From positions 5,776,155-5,840,154 of the forward strand of contig CBDBDQ010000005.1 in the NCBI GenBank assembly GCA_965203905.1: 64,000 nucleotides of DNA, in the 5' to 3' direction. Both the position numbers and the translations under genes were made by a program. The notes under the pieces were generated by a model. The model did no database searches, was not told the origin of the DNA, and worked only from the letters and a program-made list of their open reading frames with translations. Source of the DNA: Spirochaetia bacterium. GTDB taxonomy: Bacteria > Spirochaetota > Spirochaetia > SZUA-6 > Bin103. This document shows, piece by piece, positions 1 to 9,939 of the stretch. The stretch's first letter is position 1, and every line of letters begins with the position of its first letter.

Positions 1-452
1 TCCGCGGTGTTCAGGACCGCATGGCCCATGCCGAGGGGACCGGTCTTGAAGCCGGAGATGGGGCGGCCCGGAACGAAGGGATCTTCGGTCAGCATCGGGC
101 CGTGGAAGAACTCGAGGCGATTGCCGGCCGGATCCCGGGCGAGCGCCAGGTCGGTGACGAAGCGCCTGCCGGCCAGGTCGCGGCCGCCGGGGCTGACCTC
201 TACGCCGGCATCCGACAGACGCGCGCAGAGCCGGTCCAGCGCCGCGGCGTCCGCCACTTCCCAGCCCATGCAGGCCAGGGCGGCGCCGGGCTCCGCGGTC
301 ACCAACAGCCGCTGCCTGCGGTCATCCATGCGGAACGCCACCTGGCCGGCGCCGCGATCGACCGTCTGCATCCCCAACTGGCCGCGGGCATAGTCCGTCC
401 AGTCGGCCAGCCGGTCGCTGCGGATGCCCAGGTAACCCAGTGCCGTGATCAT
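1..452 (-). CDS. Extradiol ring-cleavage dioxygenase / VOC (glyoxalase) superfamily, N-terminal part; gene runs off the left edge
   Basis: Own minus-strand translation from ATG at 452: MITALGYLGIRSDRLADWTDYARGQLGMQTVDRGAGQVAFRMDDRRQRLLV... resembles BphC-type dioxygenase N-termini. The listed + ORFs here are R/A/G-rich shadow frames. Confidence 0.6.
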   Translation of the reverse strand, partial: MITALGYLGIRSDRLADWTDYARGQLGMQTVDRGAGQVAFRMDDRRQRLLVTAEPGAALACMGWEVADAAALDRLCARLSDAGVEVSPGGRDLAGRRFVTDLALARDPAGNRLEFFHGPMLTEDPFVPGRPISGFKTGPLGMGHAVLNTA

Positions 453-580
453 GACCTTGAGCCTGCCCGTTGCGGGGGCACGTGTCCACCTGTCGGCGCC
501 CCGGAGTTGCCGGCGCGGCAGTATGCTATGCTCGGCCGCGGTGCGGACTTCCCGTACCCAACCCGATCACGGAGCAGCTC

Positions 581-1387
581 ATGATTTCCCTCGCCGTCAA
601 TTCCGTCCTGTTCGATGCGTTCGACTTCGCCACCGCCGCGCGCCACATCGCCGCCGCCGGCTACGACGGCATCGAGATCGCCGCGCTACCGGGGATGTGC
701 GAGCACCTGGAGGTGGATCGCTGGCGCGAGCAGGCGGCGGACGTGCGCACGATCCTGGAAGAGACCGGGCTCAAGCCGGTGTCGATGGAGACCTCCGACC
801 GCGGTGACGACCGCTATCTGCGCGCCTTCGAGGCGAGCGCGGAGCTGGGCATCCCCGTGGTGGCCGTGGGATCCGGCGGCACCAGCGGCGATCCCGACAG
901 CCTGCGCGAGCGCATCGCGCGCCTGGCCGAGCTGGCCGAGGCGGCGGCACAGTTCGGCGTCACCGTGGTGTGCAAGGCGCACGTCGGCAGCGCGGTGTTC
1001 GACACCCCCACCACGCTGGCGGCGATGGAGGCGATCCCGTCGCCCGGGTTCGGCATCAACATGGATCCCAGCCACATCCACCGCGCGGGCGAGGTGCCCA
1101 GCGAGGCGCTGCGGCAGGTGGTGTCGCGGGTGCGGCACAGCCATATCCGCGACTGCAAGGGGCGCCAGCAGGGGCCGGGCACGCCGCCGCTGCAGGCCTG
1201 CGGCCGCGGCGACATCGACCTGTTCGGCTACTGCAAGGTGCTGGTGGACGCCGGCTATGAGGGCGCCGCCAGCCTGGAGGTGATCGGCGCCGCCAATGCG
1301 GGGCTGAGCCTGGCGCAGGTGGCGATCGTTGCCGCCGAGAGCTACGGCTACCTGAACGCCTGCCTGAAGCAGCTTGGAGCGCGCTGA
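581..1387 (+). CDS. Sugar phosphate isomerase/epimerase (xylose-isomerase-like TIM barrel)
   Basis: ATG 581 preceded by GGAG. MISLAVNSVLFDAFDFATAARHIAAAGYDGIEI... and GINMDPSHIHRAG are typical of AP-endonuclease-2/TIM-barrel family proteins. Confidence 0.75.
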   Translation: MISLAVNSVLFDAFDFATAARHIAAAGYDGIEIAALPGMCEHLEVDRWREQAADVRTILEETGLKPVSMETSDRGDDRYLRAFEASAELGIPVVAVGSGGTSGDPDSLRERIARLAELAEAAAQFGVTVVCKAHVGSAVFDTPTTLAAMEAIPSPGFGINMDPSHIHRAGEVPSEALRQVVSRVRHSHIRDCKGRQQGPGTPPLQACGRGDIDLFGYCKVLVDAGYEGAASLEVIGAANAGLSLAQVAIVAAESYGYLNACLKQLGAR

Positions 1388-1392
1388 CGGCG

Positions 1393-2388
1393 ATGGCTGC
1401 CACCGTGGAACTGGGCCCGGGCATCAAGCTGTCGATGCTCATTCCACCGCAACCGAGCGCCGCCGACCTGCGTTTCGTGGCCGAGCTGGGGCTGACCCAC
1501 GTCTTTACCTGGGTGCCGGCGGAGCTGAGCGGCACGGCCGAGCTGCGCGCGCTGCGGCGGCGGGTGGAGGACGCCGGCCTGACGCTGTTCAACGTCGGCC
1601 ACGGCTCGCTGGCCAAGTGCGACCGGATCCACCTGGCGCTGCCGGGACGCGACGCCGCCATCGACGGCTTCGCGACGTTCCTGCGCCACCTGGGAGCGGC
1701 CGGAATCCATACCACCACCTTCACCTTCGAGCCGGACGGGGTGTGGAGCACGACGTCGGCAACGGCGCGCGGCGGGGCGCCGGCGCGGGCGGTGGACGGC
1801 GCCGAGCTTTCGGCACAGCCCTTCAGCCACGGCCGGGCCTACGACGAGGCGGCGATCTGGGACAACTTCGCCTACTTCATGGAGCGCATCATTCCGATCG
1901 CGGAGGAGGCCGGGGTGCGGCTGGCGCTGCATCCCAACGACCCGCCGGTGCCGGAGATCGCCGGCATCCCCTGCCTGATCCGCTCGTGGGCGAGCTACGA
2001 CCGCGCCTTCGCCATCGCCGATTCCGATTACCTGGGGATGGAGTTCTGCACCGGCTGCTGGTTGGAGGGCGGCTCGTCGTTCGGCGACATCGAGGCGGCG
2101 ATCGGCGACTTCATCGCCCGTGACAAGATCTTCATCGTGCACTTCCGCAACGTCAGCTCGCCGTTGCCGCGCTTCCACGAAACCTTCCTCGACGAGGGCT
2201 ACCAGGACATGAACGCGCTGATGCGGCTGTTCCAGGAGGGCGGCTACCGCGGCACCATGATTCTGGACCACACCCCTCCCATGGCCCACGACGAGGCGGC
2301 CCCTGGCGCCCTCACCATCGCCAGGCCGGTGGCGACCGCGTACGCGCTGGGCTACATGAAGGCGCTGCTGGCCGCGGCCGGCGGCTGA
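1393..2388 (+). CDS. Mannonate dehydratase (UxuA)-like TIM-barrel protein
   Basis: 331-aa ORF 5 nt after the previous stop. IVHFRNVSSPLPRFHETFLDEGYQDMNALMRLFQEGGYRGTMILDHTP resembles the UxuA C-terminal signature. Confidence 0.6.
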   Translation: MAATVELGPGIKLSMLIPPQPSAADLRFVAELGLTHVFTWVPAELSGTAELRALRRRVEDAGLTLFNVGHGSLAKCDRIHLALPGRDAAIDGFATFLRHLGAAGIHTTTFTFEPDGVWSTTSATARGGAPARAVDGAELSAQPFSHGRAYDEAAIWDNFAYFMERIIPIAEEAGVRLALHPNDPPVPEIAGIPCLIRSWASYDRAFAIADSDYLGMEFCTGCWLEGGSSFGDIEAAIGDFIARDKIFIVHFRNVSSPLPRFHETFLDEGYQDMNALMRLFQEGGYRGTMILDHTPPMAHDEAAPGALTIARPVATAYALGYMKALLAAAGG

Positions 2389-2393
2389 CCGCG

Positions 2394-3452
2394 ATGAAGC
2401 TGTTGGTGTTGCCCGGTGACGGGGTCGGTCCGGAGATCGTCGCCGCGGCGCTGGCGGTGCTGGACGCGGTAGCAGCCCGGCAACCGCTGAAGCTGGAGCG
2501 CGAGACGGCGGAGATCGGACTCGCCGCGCTGCAGAGCTGCGGCACTACCCTGCCGGAGGGAGTGTTGGAACGGGCGCGCGCCGCCGACGGGGTGGTGCTG
2601 GGGCCGATAGATCACCTGCGCTACCCGGAGCGCGACCGTGGCGGCGTGAACGTGTCGGCGGCACTGCGCACCGGCCTCGACCTGTATGCCAACATCCGTC
2701 CGGCCCGCACCCGGCGCGGGCTCGGCGGCCCGGTCGGCGCGTTCGACCTGGTGATCGTGCGCGAGAACACGGAGGGCTTCTACCCCGACCGCAACATGTA
2801 CGCCGGCAGCGGCGAGTTCATGCCGGATCCGGACACCGCGCTGTCGGTACGCAAGATCAGCGCGGGCGCCTGTCGCCGCATCGCGCGGCGCTCGTTCGCC
2901 CTGGCCCGGCGGCGGCGGCGCAAGGTGACGGCGATCCACAAGGCCAACAACTTCATCCTCAGCGACGGCCTGTTCCTGCGCCAGGTGCGCGCGGTGGCGG
3001 CCGACTTCCCGGAGGTGGCGCTCGACGAGGTGCTGGTGGATGCCGCGGCGGCGCTGCTGGTGCGGGAGCCGGTGCGCTTCGACGTGCTGTGCACCACCAA
3101 CTTCCACGGCGACATCCTCTCCGACCTGGCCTCGGAACTGTCCGGCAGCCTCGGCCTGGCGGGGTCGCTGAACGCCGGCGACCGCCACGCCTGCGCCCAG
3201 GCGCAGCACGGCTCCGCCCCGGACATCGCCGGGCAGGACCGGGTCAACCCGAGCGCCATGCTGCTGTCGGTCGCCATGCTCCTGGAGTGGCTGGCCGAGC
3301 GCCACGGGCGCGCCGAGCTGGGGGCGGCCGCGGAACGCATCTCCGGTGCGGTCGACCGCACGCTGGCCGAGCCCGCGACCCGCACCGCCGACCTGGGCGG
3401 CTCCCTCGGCACCCGCGCCTTCACCGCCGCCGTGATCGCGGCCCTCGACTGA
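2394..3452 (+). CDS. Isocitrate/isopropylmalate/tartrate dehydrogenase family oxidoreductase
   Basis: MKLLVLPGDGVGPEIV N-terminus, ENTEGFY, NFHGDILSDL motifs. Confidence 0.85.
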   Translation: MKLLVLPGDGVGPEIVAAALAVLDAVAARQPLKLERETAEIGLAALQSCGTTLPEGVLERARAADGVVLGPIDHLRYPERDRGGVNVSAALRTGLDLYANIRPARTRRGLGGPVGAFDLVIVRENTEGFYPDRNMYAGSGEFMPDPDTALSVRKISAGACRRIARRSFALARRRRRKVTAIHKANNFILSDGLFLRQVRAVAADFPEVALDEVLVDAAAALLVREPVRFDVLCTTNFHGDILSDLASELSGSLGLAGSLNAGDRHACAQAQHGSAPDIAGQDRVNPSAMLLSVAMLLEWLAERHGRAELGAAAERISGAVDRTLAEPATRTADLGGSLGTRAFTAAVIAALD

Positions 3453-3568
3453 AGCGATCCGCCGCGTGACGCAATCGAGCCGTGCTTGCGGCAGCCCGCG
3501 GGGGCGTCGTGGTCGGAGCTTGAGGGGCCGGCGCGAACGGCGATAGAGTGTCGGCGCACGGTCCGGCA

Positions 3569-5407
3569 GTGGACGAGACTCCCGCGTACCCCCACATTCC
3601 CTACGGTCAGGGCGACTTCCGGCGCATCCGCCTGAACCGGTGGTTGTACGTCGACAAGACCCGCTTTCTTCGGCGGCTGGAACAGGAGCACTACGTCTTC
3701 CTGATCCGCCCGCGGCGGTTCGGCAAGACGCTCTGGGTGTCGCTGCTGGAAAACTACTACGACCGCTGGTGGGGCCACGAGTTCGAAGCCACCTTCGCGG
3801 GCACCGACATCGGGGCCGATCCGACGCCGGAGCGCCATCGCTACGTGGTCCTGCGCTTCAACTTCTCGATGGTCAACTACAAGCTCGAAACGCTGGAGCG
3901 GGAGTTCGACACCTATTGCACCGCGGAAATCGGGGACACGCTCGATCGGTATCCCGATCTGTTCCCCGCCGCAGTCGTGCGGCGCATCCTCGCCCCGATC
4001 TCGGCTACCGGCAAGCTCACCGAGCTGTTTCTGCATACCAAGCGCCACGACATCCCGCTGTACGTGCTGATCGACGAGTACGACAACTTTGCCAACACGG
4101 TGCTCGCGCACCACGGCGTCGAGGCGTACGAGTCGTTCACCCACGGCGGCGGCTTCTTTCGCAACTTCTTCGCCACCCTCAAGGGCGGCACCGACCGCAG
4201 CGGCGGCGGCATCGATCGCCTGTTCATCACCGGCGTGTCGCCGGTGACCATGGACGACGTTACCTCCGGCTTCAACATCGGCACCAACATCAGTCTGGAT
4301 CCCGACTTCAACGAGATGGTGGGCTTCACCGAGGCGGAGGTGCGGCGCCTGGTCGAGACCTACCGGGACCACGGCGTGTTCGACCAGGACGTGGACGCCG
4401 CCATGGCGCTGATGGGCGAGTGGTACAACGGCTACCGGTTCGCCCGCACGGCCGAAGCGGATCTGTACAACACCGACATGGTGCTCTACTACCTGAAGCA
4501 CTCGATCCCGAACCGGCCCGTCCCGGACGACCTGATCGACACCAACGTGCGCATCGACTACGACAAGCTGCGCCACCTGCTGGTGGTGGGCCGGCAGTTG
4601 AACGGCAACTTCGACCTGCTGCGCGAGGTCATCGGTGAGGAGCAGGCTGACGCCCGCATCCAGCCGAGCTTTCCGCTGGGGCGGCTCGCCGAGCGGGAGA
4701 ACTTCCTGTCGCTGCTGCACTACTTCGGACTGCTGAGCATCAGTGACGGGCAGGGCATGCTGCCGCGGCTGGCGATTCCGAACCAGACCGTGAAGCGGCT
4801 GATGTACGGCTACCTGCGCGACGGCTACCAGGACGTGGGCGTGTTTGCGGTCGACCTGTACCGGTTCGAGCAACTGATGCTGCGCATGGCCACCGACGGC
4901 GAGTGGCGGCCGGTGCTGGAGTTCCTGAGCGAGGCGATCGCGCGGCAGACGGGGATCCGCGAATACATCGGCGGGGAGAAGGTGATGGCGCCCCGTGCCG
5001 GGGCGCTGGGGTTCCTGGCGGCCTACCTGGGCGTGGCCGACTACTACGTGTTCCGCTCGGAGGCGGAGCTGGGCCAGGCCACATCGTGGCCCGGGCACGC
5101 GGACATCGCGCTGGAACCACTGGTCGCCCGCTATCCGCAGTTGCGTCGCGGGTACCTGATCGAGCTCAAGTACCTGAAGCGCTCCGATCGCTCTCAGCGC
5201 AGCGAGCCGGCGCACGAGACGGGGGTGGCGGCGGCGGTCGGCGAAGCGATGGCGCAGTTGCGGCGCTACCTGGCGGACGAGCGGCTGGCGCGGCAGTTTC
5301 CGGGAGTGCGGTTCACGGGCCTGGCGGTGGTGTTCCACGGCTGGGAGATGGTGTTCTGCGACGCGGTGGAGCCGGTCGCCGGCGACGCCGGCCATGACAA
5401 GGGGTGA
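3569..5407 (+). CDS. AAA-ATPase-like protein with C-terminal PD-(D/E)XK nuclease-like domain (PF09820/PF08011-type by recollection)
   Basis: PAYPHIPYGQGDFRRIRLNRWLYVDKTRFL...RPRRFGKTLWVSLLENYYD. GTG at 3569 chosen because the truncated paralog at 45507 starts at the equivalent GTG. The maximal ORF starts at 3548. Confidence 0.7.
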   Translation: MDETPAYPHIPYGQGDFRRIRLNRWLYVDKTRFLRRLEQEHYVFLIRPRRFGKTLWVSLLENYYDRWWGHEFEATFAGTDIGADPTPERHRYVVLRFNFSMVNYKLETLEREFDTYCTAEIGDTLDRYPDLFPAAVVRRILAPISATGKLTELFLHTKRHDIPLYVLIDEYDNFANTVLAHHGVEAYESFTHGGGFFRNFFATLKGGTDRSGGGIDRLFITGVSPVTMDDVTSGFNIGTNISLDPDFNEMVGFTEAEVRRLVETYRDHGVFDQDVDAAMALMGEWYNGYRFARTAEADLYNTDMVLYYLKHSIPNRPVPDDLIDTNVRIDYDKLRHLLVVGRQLNGNFDLLREVIGEEQADARIQPSFPLGRLAERENFLSLLHYFGLLSISDGQGMLPRLAIPNQTVKRLMYGYLRDGYQDVGVFAVDLYRFEQLMLRMATDGEWRPVLEFLSEAIARQTGIREYIGGEKVMAPRAGALGFLAAYLGVADYYVFRSEAELGQATSWPGHADIALEPLVARYPQLRRGYLIELKYLKRSDRSQRSEPAHETGVAAAVGEAMAQLRRYLADERLARQFPGVRFTGLAVVFHGWEMVFCDAVEPVAGDAGHDKG

Positions 5408-5555
5408 TCAGCATGGCCGCAGGATTCTATCCCCTCGGCACGTTCGGCAGCCGTACATTCGTGGCGCTACGCGCGGCGCCGAGACATCGTTCCCACGTGC
5501 CCCGGCGCTGAGGTAACCCTCGAACGGCTGCGCGTACACCGACGAGGACCACACA

Positions 5556-6866
5556 TTGACCAATCTGCGCGGCGCGCTGCACCGATTCCATCCCGACGTA
5601 TACCGTTACCTGATCGCCTCCAGCCTGGTGGGATTCAGCTACTTCGGATTCGTGACCGTGCTGCTCAACCTCTACCTGCTGCGGCTGGGCTACGGCACTG
5701 ACTTCATCGGCCTGGTGAACGGGAGCACCGCCCTCGCCTTCGCGCTGTCGTCGCTTCCCGCCGGCGCGCTCGGCAGCCGCATCGGGATGCGGCGCGGGGT
5801 GATGGCGGGCATGGGCTTCCTGGCGGCCGGCGTGATGCTGGTGCCGCTGGTCGGGCTGTTCCCGGCGGGATCGACGCGGGACTACAGCATCATCGCCATG
5901 CGCCTGCTGTCGGGGATCGGATTCTCCCTCTACATGGTCAACTCCTACCCCTACCTGGTGGCCGCGACCGAGGCTCGCGACCGCCCCTACGCGTTCGCGA
6001 TGCTGGCGGCGATCCCGCCGGTGGCCGGGTTTGCCGGCAGCATCGTGTCCGGCGCGCTGCCCGCGTGGCTTGCCGCCGGCCTGGGGTTGGAGGTCGCGGA
6101 TCCGCTGCCGTTCGCCCTGATCCTGGTGGTGGCCGGCGCGATTCTGCTGCCTAACCCGTTGATCGTGGCCCGTACCCGCGACCTGGAGTCCCCCAGGCGG
6201 CGCCGCAACGGCAGCGCACGCCGGCGTACGCGCGACGAACGAAGCGCCGATGGCGCGATCTATCTGCTGATCTTCTTCCTCAGCATCACCGCCATGCTGC
6301 GCATGTCCGGGGAAGGCGCGGCGCGGTCGTTCTTCAACGTCTACCTGGAGCTGGACCTGGGCGCCTCCACCTCGCGCATCGGCCTGTTGCTGGCGTTCGG
6401 GCAGCTCGCGGCCGGTCCGGCGGCGTTGTGCGCCCCGGCGCTGTCGGCACGCGTGGGGCGGGTGCCGATGATCGTCGTCACCACCGCGATGACCGCCTTC
6501 AGCCTGGTGATCATGGCCGCGGTGCCGCATTGGGCGGCGGCGGGCATCGGCTACACCCTGGTAGTCGGCCTGCGCTCCCTCACCCAGTCGGTGTCCAGCG
6601 TCGTGAACCTGGAGATCGTGCCGGCGAGCTGGCGCGGGATGACGTCGGGCGTAGTGTCGATGTCGATGGGGCTGGGGTTCACCTCGATGTCGCTCGGCGG
6701 CGGCTACCTGATTCCGGTGCTGGGATTCCCGGGCCTCTACCTGCTGGCGGCGTTGATCACCGCGGTGAGCGCGCTCGTCTTCTGGCTCTACTTCCGGGTG
6801 CCGCGGGGCGAGTACCGGCTGCCTTCCGAAGATCCGGCCGCTGCCGTTTCGAGCCGGCGGCCATAG
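5556..6866 (+). CDS. MFS transporter
   Basis: 436-aa hydrophobic multi-span ORF with TTG start. MTNLRGALHRFHPDVYRYL parallels the downstream paralog. Confidence 0.8.
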   Translation: MTNLRGALHRFHPDVYRYLIASSLVGFSYFGFVTVLLNLYLLRLGYGTDFIGLVNGSTALAFALSSLPAGALGSRIGMRRGVMAGMGFLAAGVMLVPLVGLFPAGSTRDYSIIAMRLLSGIGFSLYMVNSYPYLVAATEARDRPYAFAMLAAIPPVAGFAGSIVSGALPAWLAAGLGLEVADPLPFALILVVAGAILLPNPLIVARTRDLESPRRRRNGSARRRTRDERSADGAIYLLIFFLSITAMLRMSGEGAARSFFNVYLELDLGASTSRIGLLLAFGQLAAGPAALCAPALSARVGRVPMIVVTTAMTAFSLVIMAAVPHWAAAGIGYTLVVGLRSLTQSVSSVVNLEIVPASWRGMTSGVVSMSMGLGFTSMSLGGGYLIPVLGFPGLYLLAALITAVSALVFWLYFRVPRGEYRLPSEDPAAAVSSRRP

Positions 6867-6893
6867 GCCAGCGGGCGCTGACGCGAGGCTAGC

Positions 6894-8171
6894 ATGACCA
6901 ACCTGCGCCACGCGCTCCGTGCCTTCCACGCCGACGTCTACAAGTACCTGTTCGCCGTCAGCATCGTCGGGTTCAGCTACTTCGGCTTCGTATCGGTGCT
7001 GCTCAACCTGTACCTGCTGCGCCTCGGCTACGGCACCGACTTCATCGGCCTGGTGAACGGCAGCATCGCCTTTGCCTTCGCGGCCTCGTCGCTGCCGGCG
7101 GGGGCACTCGGCAGCCGCCTGGGGATGCGCCGGACGGCGGCGATCGGCATGGCCCTGCTGACGGTGGGAATGACCTTCGTTCCGGTGGCCGGCTCCATCC
7201 TGTCGGGTACGCCGCGTGACGTGGGCATCATCGCGATGCGCGTTCTCTCCGGCATGGGATTTGCCTGCTACATGGTGAACTCCTATCCCTACCTGGTGGC
7301 GGCCACCGAGCCCCGCGAGCGGACCTACGCGTTCGCCATCATGTCGGGCCTGCCGCCACTGACCGGCTTCGCCGGCAGCCTGGTCTCCGGCGTGCTGCCG
7401 GGCTGGATCGCGCCCCTGCTGGGGCTGGACCTGAGTCACCCGGAGCCGTTCGCGGTGGCCCTGGTCTTCGCGGGGATGATCCTGCTGCCGACCGTCTTCG
7501 CGGTGGGGCGCGCCAGCGACCGGGAGCCGGCGCGGCGCAGTCCGCCGCGGTCGGAGCGGCTGCGCTCTCCCGGCGACGCACGCCGCACGGAAGGTGCGCT
7601 CTACCTCCTGATCTTCCTACTCGCGGTCACCGCCCTGCTGCGCTCCGCCGGCGAAGGGGCGGCGCGTTCCTTCTTCAACGTCTACCTGGAGCTGGATCTT
7701 GCGGCGTCGCCGGCCCGCATCGGGCTGCTGCTCGCGGTCGGGCAGGTGGCCGCGGGCCCGGCGGCCCTGGTGGCCCCGGCGCTGGCCGCGCGTGCCGGCA
7801 AGGTGCCGGTGATCGTGGTCACGGGGCTGGTCACCGCGGCCGGCATGGTGATCCTGGCAGCCGTCCCCCACTGGGCCGCTGCCGGGCTCGGCTTCACGCT
7901 GGTGATCGGCCTGCGGGCGGTGACCCAGTCGGTGTCCTCGGTCTTGCACATGGAGATCGTGCCGGCCGGCCGGCGTACGGTCACCTCGGGAGTGGTGGCG
8001 ATGGCGCTCGGTCTGGGCTTCATGTCGATCTCGTTCGGCGGCGGCTACCTGATCCCGGCCATCGGCTTCCCCGGCCTCCACCTGCTGGCCGCCGCCATCA
8101 CCGTCGTCAGCGCAACGATCTTCTGGCTCTACTTCCGCGTACCCCGGGGCGAGTACCGCAACCCCGCTTGA
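6894..8171 (+). CDS. MFS transporter (tandem paralog of 5556-6866)
   Basis: 425-aa ORF, collinear similarity to the upstream MFS along its whole length. Confidence 0.8.
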   Translation: MTNLRHALRAFHADVYKYLFAVSIVGFSYFGFVSVLLNLYLLRLGYGTDFIGLVNGSIAFAFAASSLPAGALGSRLGMRRTAAIGMALLTVGMTFVPVAGSILSGTPRDVGIIAMRVLSGMGFACYMVNSYPYLVAATEPRERTYAFAIMSGLPPLTGFAGSLVSGVLPGWIAPLLGLDLSHPEPFAVALVFAGMILLPTVFAVGRASDREPARRSPPRSERLRSPGDARRTEGALYLLIFLLAVTALLRSAGEGAARSFFNVYLELDLAASPARIGLLLAVGQVAAGPAALVAPALAARAGKVPVIVVTGLVTAAGMVILAAVPHWAAAGLGFTLVIGLRAVTQSVSSVLHMEIVPAGRRTVTSGVVAMALGLGFMSISFGGGYLIPAIGFPGLHLLAAAITVVSATIFWLYFRVPRGEYRNPA

Positions 8172-8201
8172 CCGCCGGCGGCGATCCGCCAAAGCTGTCG
8201 C

Positions 8202-8396
8202 ATGAGGCAAGTCGTGGTCTATCCCGGCGAGGATGGATACTGGGTAGCCGAGTGTCCAAGTCTGCCCGGCTGCATCAGTCAAGGACGGACGAAACAGGAT
8301 GCGATCGTCAACATCAAGGAAGCAATCGAAGGATATGTCGCCGCCCTCAAAGACGACGATCTGCCCGTTCCCGAGAAGTCCGCCGCTCCCATGTAG
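8202..8396 (+). CDS. hicB: HicB-family (UPF0150) antitoxin-like protein; no HicA partner visible
   Basis: MRQVVVYPGEDGYWVAECPSLPGCISQGRTKQDAIVNIKEAIEGYV is the classic HicB N-terminal fold signature. Confidence 0.75.
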   Translation: MRQVVVYPGEDGYWVAECPSLPGCISQGRTKQDAIVNIKEAIEGYVAALKDDDLPVPEKSAAPM

Positions 8397-8426
8397 CCGC
8401 GATTATGAAGCGGTCGTTCTGGAACA

Positions 8427-9871
8427 TCAGGGTGCAGCACCTGCGTGTGCGGTGACCAGATGGCGCAACCATTCCGGCAACTCGACATCCGGCCGTAGCG
8501 CGACGACACCGACCCGGTGTCTGTCGACGTAGTCCTCGCAGGTGAGCCACTCCGTTTCGTCGGCGTTGGGGACCAGGAGCAACGCAAGATCCGGACGGCG
8601 AGCACCCCAGCGGAGCGCATCGTGGTACAGGTGGGCGCTCTCCGCCATCCCGTCGAGGATGTTTTTCTCCCCGCTGCGGTACTTGGCGTCCAGGACGATG
8701 AAACGCGTTGCGCCGTCACGGGTTTCCGATTTCAAGACGAGGTCAGGTACGTACTGTCGAGAAATCGACCAGGCATCCGCCTGCTCAGCGCCACATTTTT
8801 TTTGAAAGGTCTTCTGCAGATGGAGCGTGATCAGGTGACCGTCGCTGCGATGACCGATGACGCTCCGGCGATCGGAGCCCATCGCGCCCGCGTTCTTCCA
8901 CGCGTGGTCGGGCAGCCACTCCCTGAGTTTCCGGGCCAGAACCACAAGGCACCAACGCTCGTAGATTTCCCATGTCGGGCTGAGCGGCAGCAGGTCCTTC
9001 GGGTCCAGCCGATACACACCGCGCCGGAGAGCCTCCCACCCTACACGCCAGAACCGGCCGTACAGCGGATGCGCCGCAACGGCGTTGAGCCCAGCCGCGG
9101 TGACTTCGGCGCGCTGCACCTCGCTGAACGGCGAGTGGCGTTCAGCCATCACGAACTCGCGCTCCATCTCGCCGAGGATCTGCTTCCAGCGGGGTACGCG
9201 CCCCTTGACGCCAGTCCTCGTTTCCTGCGTGCGACGGTCGGCGAACTTGTCCAGCAGCCTGGTGAGCTCCCGGCACCGCAGGAGAAGCGCTCGAAGCATG
9301 GCAAGAGCGGATCGATTCGCCGGGACATCGAGCGTGCGCTCCACCGCCGGCACTTCCAGGACCGGGCCGTCGGCCGGGCCAGCCGGAAGGCTCAACCCTG
9401 CACCGCGCTGGATTGCCGCAAGCGTGGCAGGCCGACGGATGGCCGCCTGCAGCGTCCTCAGGTCGGTGCGCCGCGCGTCCCTGAGGGGGACGAATCGCCG
9501 CCGCGCCTTCAATACACTTACGGGCTCTCGCCGAAGAGCGGCGAGCGCCTGATTCAGTTCGCTTCGGCGCCGTCGCAACCGTTCGAGCCACACGAGTGGA
9601 TCATCGGTCTCTGCGAGCGCGCCGAGACGACGCCGGGCCGGTTCCTCACCGACCACGAGACGGGCGTCGAATTCGACAATCTCGTTGATCATGCGCTCGA
9701 ACAGGTCGCGGCCAGCCTTGCCGGCATCCGGGCTTACGTCGAGCCGCCATGTCCCGAGCACCCGATCGTCCCGATCCAGCAGCTCGGCGCGTACTTCGCC
9801 CGCATAGAACCCGGGCTCCCACACCCACTCGTTCCGAGCGGTCTCGACTTGGCTGAGCGGTTCGTCGTCGA
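8427..9871 (-). pseudogene. McrC-like (DUF2357 + PD-(D/E)XK) restriction subunit, distal segment of a gene split by an IS
   Basis: VPDLVLKSETRDGATRFIVLDAKYR nuclease motif. The reading frame stays open upstream of the listed start, up to the IS boundary at 9871/9872. Confidence 0.7.
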
Positions 9872-9903
9872 CTAGCCCAAGTTGCGCACTTTCTGACGTA
9901 AAC
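9872..9903. repeat. Left terminal inverted repeat of the IS1634-family element (pairs with 14153-14184)
   Basis: About 21 of 27 positions match the reverse complement of 14153-14184 by eye. CTAG is present at both outer edges. Confidence 0.7.
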
Positions 9904-9939
9904 TGTTTCTGTTACACGATTTGACATTTAAGTTTGTCA

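Noticed and set aside
2780-5395. 871-aa minus-strand ORF, the longest in the window.
   Set aside because: It lies antisense to two well-supported plus-strand genes. Its R/A/G/P-rich low-complexity composition is typical of shadow ORFs in about 70% GC DNA, and it has no recognisable motifs. The same reasoning applies to 5427-7439(-), 1348-2289(-), 24000-25439(-), 25859-27217(-), 22522-23676(+) and 19210-20847(+).
8397-8430. HicA toxin partner for the HicB-like gene.
   Set aside because: There is no room or ORF on either side: the MFS gene ends at 8171 and the mcrC-like gene ends at 8427. HicB is therefore treated as an orphan.
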